A stretch of 64,000 nt of DNA from a virus. Lineage: Duplodnaviria > Heunggongvirae > Uroviricota > Caudoviricetes. A program made the position numbers and the translations under genes. Location of the stretch: IMG/VR virus record IMGVR_UViG_3300032007_000003, positions 64,001 through 128,000 of that record. One strand, 5' to 3'. Shown here piece after piece: positions 58,446-64,000 of the stretch (within the stretch, counting starts at the first letter, position 1; each line of letters opens with the position of its first letter). The notes under the pieces were generated by a model. The model was not told the origin of the DNA, did not search any database, and saw only the letters and a list, made by a program, of their open reading frames with translations.

Positions 58446-59099
58446 ATGCCAAGCAAGAGTAAAGCGCAGCAGAGATTCTTCGGAATGGTAGATGCCTATA
58501 AGAAGGGTGAAATGAAGAATGCTAGCAGCAAGATAAAGAAAGCAGCAGATGGAATGCCAATGAGTGATGTCAAGGATTTTGCTGAGACAAAGCATAAGGG
58601 ACTCCCAGAGAAGGTTGATGAAAATATCATAAGATTGACCGAGAACGACCTTCACAGAATGGTGATGGAAGTGGTAAATCGAATGATAACTGAAAGGAGA
58701 GAGGGAGACCATGAATTTGTAAAGGGTAAGGATGGATATTCACAATATTACATAAATCACGGCAATAAAACAGTATCTGCTATACATGGTTATCCAAGAG
58801 CTGGAAAGAACTATGCAAAGAAACATGGTTATGAATATCATGATTGTGTGGATGAATCTGTAGAAATGGAAGATGTACCACAAGACCATATCTTCTCTGA
58901 GAAAGAAATGCAGTGGCTTTATGATAACCAAGACAAGTTGAGTCCAATACAGCAGAAGGTTCTAAATGCTGGAATGTGGGTTCGTGCTCGTCAAGCAAAT
59001 TATCATGGTTACGCAAAGAGGTGGTCAAACATCATCCTTAAGAATGGTGAAACCTATTATTATGAAAGTAACGGAGAAATAAGAAAAACTGGAACATAA
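58446..59099 (+). CDS. hypothetical protein with MPSKSKAQQRF N-terminus and internal IIRLTENDL tag
   Basis: DUF3008-like start and KHKGLPEKV. Confidence 0.6.
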   Translation: MPSKSKAQQRFFGMVDAYKKGEMKNASSKIKKAADGMPMSDVKDFAETKHKGLPEKVDENIIRLTENDLHRMVMEVVNRMITERREGDHEFVKGKDGYSQYYINHGNKTVSAIHGYPRAGKNYAKKHGYEYHDCVDESVEMEDVPQDHIFSEKEMQWLYDNQDKLSPIQQKVLNAGMWVRARQANYHGYAKRWSNIILKNGETYYYESNGEIRKTGT

Positions 59100-59130
59100 A
59101 AGGGAGTGACTCGTTATCACTCCTTTTTTT
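59098..59130. terminator. bidirectional intrinsic terminator
   Basis: AAAAGGGAGTGA...TCACTCC followed by a T-run. Confidence 0.75.
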
Positions 59131-59464
59131 ATTGTATATAATCATTCATCATGAAGAAATCATCAATCACTCCAAGTTTGAGTGCAACCCTATATGCTGT
59201 TTGATTTCCCTTGAAGAATTCTGTCTTGGTATCATACTTTAAAGCCTCTTCCTCAATGTGTTTATAAGTCCAATATCCCTTTTTATGTTGTTTTTGTTTA
59301 ACCATCCAATCCATATCATCGATGTATCCATATCTGTGAGCTGCCAAAAACGCACTTAGGTTGCCTTTTTGGAATTCTTCTTTGGTGTGATATTTCTTGG
59401 CTTCAGCCATCATATTTTCCTTATTTTTCCAGTAATTTTTAGGGTGTTTTATTTTTTTTTCCAT
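59129..59464 (-). CDS. two-repeat DNA-binding-like protein (homing-endonuclease-type repeats, no nuclease)
   Basis: Two copies of YW....EA.KY.TK.EF.KGN..A...A...G.IDD. Confidence 0.6.
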   Translation of the reverse strand: MEKKIKHPKNYWKNKENMMAEAKKYHTKEEFQKGNLSAFLAAHRYGYIDDMDWMVKQKQHKKGYWTYKHIEEEALKYDTKTEFFKGNQTAYRVALKLGVIDDFFMMNDYIQ

Positions 59465-59567
59465 TTTTTGTCGGGTTTATATACATAAATACTAATATTT
59501 GGAAAACAAGTTAAAAAAGTTTTATATTTATTATTAAAAATAACATAATAAAATAATAGGTAAAATA

Positions 59568-61889
59568 ATGGCAAACGGACTTTATTACTATAAACTAGTA
59601 AGCCCTTATCCAGAAGATGTAACAAAAGACTGTAAGTTGACTATCAATGAGATTGACAGTAACTTTGTAACTCTTAAGGATAACGACATCAAGAAGGCTG
59701 AGTTTATCAGGGACGAAAAGACTTTAGTCCTTACAAGAAATAACGGTGAGAAGCTTATCGTTAATCTTGATGATGTTACATACAACTTAGATGTTAATGC
59801 TGAGTGTGGTGAGAGTGGAACAACCTTAACCATTTCTTATGATGGAAAGGATGGTAAGAACACCGTTACAATCGCTAACATTCTAACTGCTGACAACCTT
59901 ATGGATATTATTGGCAGTGACATTCTTACAAAGGTTATTACCGATGGTACTATTAAGGGTCATGGAACTATGGATTCTCCACTTGGTATTTCTGGTGTTG
60001 AGAAGACAGGTATGTTGGCTCCAGCTTTAGAAGTGTTTGACCTTACAACTGGAGGTACACTTCCATATGTCGCTAAACTTGGTACAAGATATATTACCAA
60101 GGAATATGTTAACGACTACGGTTATCTTTATAACGGTGCTGGACTCGCAAAAATTTCTCAACGTCTAAAGGATGATTACATCGGTAGAAACACTAGAGAA
60201 GATGCAAGATATGCATGGAGAGTTCCTTCCAAGGCTGATTGGGATGCATTGCTTAATTCAATTGAACCATGTAAATATCGTAATCATGGTTCTGCAAAAT
60301 GCCACGTAGAGCTTGGTAAAGTCGCTGGTAAATATCTTAAGTCAGAGTGTGGTTGGCAAGGTCAACCAGATTGTGAATGCACAATTACAAAACCTAATAC
60401 TGGTTGCACATATGATGAAGAAAACTATGTTGATGATGGTATAATAGGCGAAAGCGATGTTCCAGTAGAGAGACCAGAATCTCCATTTGGTGTTGACAAG
60501 TATGGTATGACAATTCTTCCAGCAGGTGTAGTTACTCTTGATACTTATGGAAGACCACAAGCTGCTTCATTCCAAGAACAAGCAATATTCTGGACAACTT
60601 CACATATATATGGCGATGATGACCAAGATGTATATACAAAGATATTTGATTGGAATAAAGCTGGTGTAAGTCAAGTTGGAGAATGCCCAAAACCATATTA
60701 TTCAGTAAGATTGGTTAAGGATTATAATGGCTCTAACTATTATGACAGTGAATATATCGATGGCATCTTATACAAGACAATATTATTCCCAGAAAGTGGA
60801 CAAATTTGGCTTGCATCTAACTATGCTGATAAGAGTGGTTTCGTTGAGTACGAACCAGGTGGTGCAACACCAGAAATTGTTGAAGTAAACAACGGTGAAG
60901 TTCTTGAGAAGAGAGTTGAGATGTTCATCAATGAGTGGAATGGTCATTATTGGGAGAAGAAAATTATGCATGAGGGTGATACGATTGTTGTTGAAAACCC
61001 ATGCTTCGACCAAGGTACTGGTGCAACCACTAATGTTTGTTGGACTGATAAAGAACATGTACCTCATTGCATAGAGGTTGAAATTCCAAAGGAATCTCAG
61101 AGCAATATCGAATATAGAGTATTTACTGAGGACGAAGGTTGTAACAAGGTTCTTGTTAATACCGATGACCTTGTAGTAGAGAGAATTGTTCAAATTATCG
61201 TTCCAATGCTTCAAAGAGAACGTGAAGAGCGCATCGAAGGTGATAGAATACTTGACGAGAAGATTGATGCTGAAACAGAGAGAGCAGAAGAAGTTGAAGC
61301 TCAACTTTGGGATGCAATAGCACAAGAGGCATCTGCTAGAACTGATGTTGACAACCAATTATGGGATGCAATTGCGCAAGAGGCATCTGCAAGAACTGAC
61401 GTTGATAATCAGTTGTGGGATGCAATAGCACAAGAAGCATCTGCTAGAACTGACGTTGACAATCAGATTTGGACTGCACTCAATAATGAAATTAATGGCA
61501 GACTTGATGTTGATGCCCAGATGTGGGCTGCTATCAATGCTGAAGCAGAAGCAAGAGAGACCACTGATAATTTGTTGTGGCAAGCAATTGAGGATGAAAC
61601 CGCTAGAGCACAAGAGGTTGAGGCACAACTTTGGGATGGCATTAACGGAGAAACCGCTAGAGCACAAGAGGTTGAAAGACAACTTTGGGAATCTCTCAAT
61701 AATGAGATTGAACGTGCAATCGCAAGAGAGGATGAAATTGATGGACAATTGGTTGATTGGACAAAGAACCCATTCACAATGTCAGTTGCGGTTGAAAAAG
61801 GCAAAGATAATCTTGTACTTGAGTCAAAAGATGAGAATCCAGAGCATTTTATCAAGATTAAATTTGATGGAAGTTTTGGCGAAATTTAA
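59568..61889 (+). CDS. tail fibre / adhesin-like protein with Fib_succ_major-like domain and coiled-coil repeats
   Basis: LTINEIDSNF start; YGYLY, WRVPS..DW, LKS..GW, LPAG, FWTTS and YSVRLVKD; 18-aa repeats. Confidence 0.7.
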   Translation: MANGLYYYKLVSPYPEDVTKDCKLTINEIDSNFVTLKDNDIKKAEFIRDEKTLVLTRNNGEKLIVNLDDVTYNLDVNAECGESGTTLTISYDGKDGKNTVTIANILTADNLMDIIGSDILTKVITDGTIKGHGTMDSPLGISGVEKTGMLAPALEVFDLTTGGTLPYVAKLGTRYITKEYVNDYGYLYNGAGLAKISQRLKDDYIGRNTREDARYAWRVPSKADWDALLNSIEPCKYRNHGSAKCHVELGKVAGKYLKSECGWQGQPDCECTITKPNTGCTYDEENYVDDGIIGESDVPVERPESPFGVDKYGMTILPAGVVTLDTYGRPQAASFQEQAIFWTTSHIYGDDDQDVYTKIFDWNKAGVSQVGECPKPYYSVRLVKDYNGSNYYDSEYIDGILYKTILFPESGQIWLASNYADKSGFVEYEPGGATPEIVEVNNGEVLEKRVEMFINEWNGHYWEKKIMHEGDTIVVENPCFDQGTGATTNVCWTDKEHVPHCIEVEIPKESQSNIEYRVFTEDEGCNKVLVNTDDLVVERIVQIIVPMLQREREERIEGDRILDEKIDAETERAEEVEAQLWDAIAQEASARTDVDNQLWDAIAQEASARTDVDNQLWDAIAQEASARTDVDNQIWTALNNEINGRLDVDAQMWAAINAEAEARETTDNLLWQAIEDETARAQEVEAQLWDGINGETARAQEVERQLWESLNNEIERAIAREDEIDGQLVDWTKNPFTMSVAVEKGKDNLVLESKDENPEHFIKIKFDGSFGEI
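61302..61740 (+). repeat. 54-bp (18-aa) in-frame tandem repeat QLWDAIAQEASARTDVDN, degenerating rightwards
   Basis: Three copies at 61302, 61356 and 61410 identical in protein but differing at synonymous sites, followed by looser copies. Confidence 0.9.
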
Positions 61890-61914
61890 TAATATAGGAA
61901 AATAAATAAAGACG

Positions 61915-64000
61915 ATGAATAATAGGCTACAATTTAGACACCATAATGAGGTGTTCAACACTAGAGAGGACGCTATTGATTATATCAAAAGTCAAATAAG
62001 ATTTGCGGAAAGTGGTCTCGCATTTGACGATAAAACATTCGGCTATTCTTTGTTCGCAGAACCAACTGTTTTGTTGTATAAGAAGGATGAAGGTGAACTA
62101 CAACCAGGCGTACTCCCAGACCCACACCTTATGTTGGTTATTGGTTCTCAGACTAATTTGGAAGAACCTGTCCAGTATTCTAATAACAGATTCTGTATTA
62201 TCGATATTGATAAGACAGAACAAGAAATCGCTGATTTACAAGAGGAATTTGAGAAGGCTATAAGGTCTCTTACTCTTATACCTTTAAGTAGTGATACATT
62301 AAACTTCTATTCTAACAAGACAGAGGAAGGCACTTATGTAAGCGGTGATGTTAAGGTTGCTGAGACTCACATCTTTGATGATGTAAGGTACAAAAATAAC
62401 TTGTTGGTTACACCAGAAGGTTTGTTTATTTATGTAAACCTTGAGTACGATAAGGAGAATGAGGAGTTCACCTTCACCGTAAGCAATGCAGATGATACTC
62501 TTTCATCAGTAACAGTTGATATTTCTGACAATTACCTCGTTAATGGTAGATACAGTGTTCAAGACGAGTCACTTCACCTTTTCATGAAGAAGGGTGAGGA
62601 GATTGTGATTGACTGTAAGTACCTTATCGCTGAGTGGGGCGTTATTGGTGATGCTGCTAAGTCTCCAGTAATTCTTACAAAGGAAGAAGTTAAGTACGGT
62701 ACTGAGGAATATTCAAGACTTGAGCCTTGGCAAGACGTACTTAAGGCTAACGTTAGAATCAAGGATGAGGAGTTTGACCCACAGACTGGTAAACCTCTCC
62801 CATTGGACAAGGATAAATCTACAAACATCTTACAGAGAACACAAGATGGTAGATACTTGTTCGTTGATGGCGTTGCTTCTAATATCATATATTGGCAGAA
62901 TGGTGAACGTACAAACGTTAAGGAGGTACTTGATGAGCTTTCAAACATTAAACTTTCAACCGATAATGACAATATCTTGACAGAGAAGACAGACGGTTTC
63001 TTCGCTTCATCTAAGTTGGAGTATGTATCTAAGGATAACAAACTTATATTCAAGACTTCTGGACAGAATGGAGAGAAGAAGACAGAAATCCAACTTAATA
63101 GTGTTGAACTTTTTGAACATATTTACTATGACCCAACTAAGGAGGCTCTTATTGTAACTTATAAAGACAATAAGGGAGAAACTCAGTTCGTTGAAATTCC
63201 AATTGGTGAAATGATTCGTGATTGGGAATGGGAACCTCAGAATGAAGGACATAACGTTAAGATTGTTAAGATAAGAAAAGTTAGTGGAAATGATAAGGTT
63301 TCTGCTGATGCAAAAATTTATCAAGACCCAGATAACATCTTGGTTGACAAGAACCATGAGTTGTTTGTAAAGGGTACTTCTGATAATATCAGACATGGAG
63401 AAGATTCAAACGTTAAGAAAGAAATAGATACCCTTCACGAGATAGATGCAGCTCTTGATAACAAGATTAATAATGAGACAGCTAGAGCAAAGCAAGCAGA
63501 ACAGACTCTTGATAACAAGATTGACCAAGAGATTGCTGATAGAACATCTGAAATTCAGAGACTTGATGATACTCTTGGAAGTGGTTTCACAACTGATATC
63601 CACGAGACTGTTACCTATAAGCTCAATGAAGAAATTGAAGACAGAATCGCTGATGTTAATGCAGAAGAGGCTCGTGCAAAGGAAGAGGAACTAAGAATAG
63701 ACACAACAATCGGTAGTGGCTTCTCAACAGATGCACACGAGACTGTTACCTATAAATTCAACCAGTTGCAAGACCAAGTTAACTCAGAGGCACAGAAGCT
63801 TCAGAATGAGATTAACCGTTCAATAGCAAAGGATATTGAACATGATGGAAGACTCGATGCAATCGATGCTGAAATTGGCGAAGGGTTCGGTCCACGTAAC
63901 ACCGTAAGAGATGAAATTGAAAATTTACAGAGTGAAATCGACTTTGTAAGTGCAGATACATCAATGAGGTTGACAGACGTTATCAATGAGGACGAATCAA
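61915..64000 (+). CDS. large tail-fibre-like protein, 3'-truncated (not in ORF track)
   Basis: ATG 61915 MNNRLQFRHH...; no stop noticed to the window end; E.ARA..AE..L coiled-coil and GSGF.TD.HETVTY repeats. Confidence 0.75.
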   Translation, partial: MNNRLQFRHHNEVFNTREDAIDYIKSQIRFAESGLAFDDKTFGYSLFAEPTVLLYKKDEGELQPGVLPDPHLMLVIGSQTNLEEPVQYSNNRFCIIDIDKTEQEIADLQEEFEKAIRSLTLIPLSSDTLNFYSNKTEEGTYVSGDVKVAETHIFDDVRYKNNLLVTPEGLFIYVNLEYDKENEEFTFTVSNADDTLSSVTVDISDNYLVNGRYSVQDESLHLFMKKGEEIVIDCKYLIAEWGVIGDAAKSPVILTKEEVKYGTEEYSRLEPWQDVLKANVRIKDEEFDPQTGKPLPLDKDKSTNILQRTQDGRYLFVDGVASNIIYWQNGERTNVKEVLDELSNIKLSTDNDNILTEKTDGFFASSKLEYVSKDNKLIFKTSGQNGEKKTEIQLNSVELFEHIYYDPTKEALIVTYKDNKGETQFVEIPIGEMIRDWEWEPQNEGHNVKIVKIRKVSGNDKVSADAKIYQDPDNILVDKNHELFVKGTSDNIRHGEDSNVKKEIDTLHEIDAALDNKINNETARAKQAEQTLDNKIDQEIADRTSEIQRLDDTLGSGFTTDIHETVTYKLNEEIEDRIADVNAEEARAKEEELRIDTTIGSGFSTDAHETVTYKFNQLQDQVNSEAQKLQNEINRSIAKDIEHDGRLDAIDAEIGEGFGPRNTVRDEIENLQSEIDFVSADTSMRLTDVINEDES

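Noticed and set aside
59568-61889. Diversity-generating retroelement
   Set aside because: A plausible target fold is present, but no reverse transcriptase or template/variable repeat pair was seen in this window
1-64000. Stop-codon reassignment as in Lak or some crAss-like phages
   Set aside because: Long genes are intact under the standard code, and TAG ends genes at natural C-termini (DDLPF-TAG TAG at 22098; TAG TAA after the intein N-part)
1-64000. tRNA or rRNA genes
   Set aside because: Intergenic gaps are short, and none showed a cloverleaf or T-loop signature by eye; tRNAscan-SE would be needed to exclude them fully

Overview
This AT-rich, densely coding 64 kb window comes from a large tailed dsDNA phage, a jumbo or T4-like myovirus that uses the standard genetic code. 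The host is probably a Bacteroidota: five intergenic TTTG-N19/20-TAnnTTT(G/A) promoters are present. From left to right the window holds: (1) a contractile-tail module with a gp26/gp51-like chaperone pair, tape measure, tube initiator, LysM-like wedge protein and a 2118-aa hub with lysozyme and amidase domains, interrupted by a small opposite-strand accessory island; (2) a replication and nucleotide block with a gp32-like SSB, thymidine kinase, RecA/UvsX and a fractured IMPDH/GMPR gene carrying a naturally split intein around a free-standing endonuclease; (3) a glycosyltransferase cluster, a second endonuclease and a gp55-like late sigma factor; (4) a baseplate spike, acetyltransferase, PhoH, SNF2-type helicase, protein kinase, WYL protein and head/neck proteins; (5) tail-fibre-like genes running off the right end. 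The main observations are the split intein with an unusually acidic C-fragment, a late promoter motif ATATTTATA that is the reverse complement of the T4 late promoter, and a shared (I/L)-(T/N)-E peptide tag on many late proteins, including a kinase and a SprT protease, suggesting a capsid-packaged effector set. Also notable are a stand-alone paralog of the major-capsid N-terminus and candidate late small RNAs, one antisense to the sigma leader. All product calls come from motif recognition by eye; no database searches were run.
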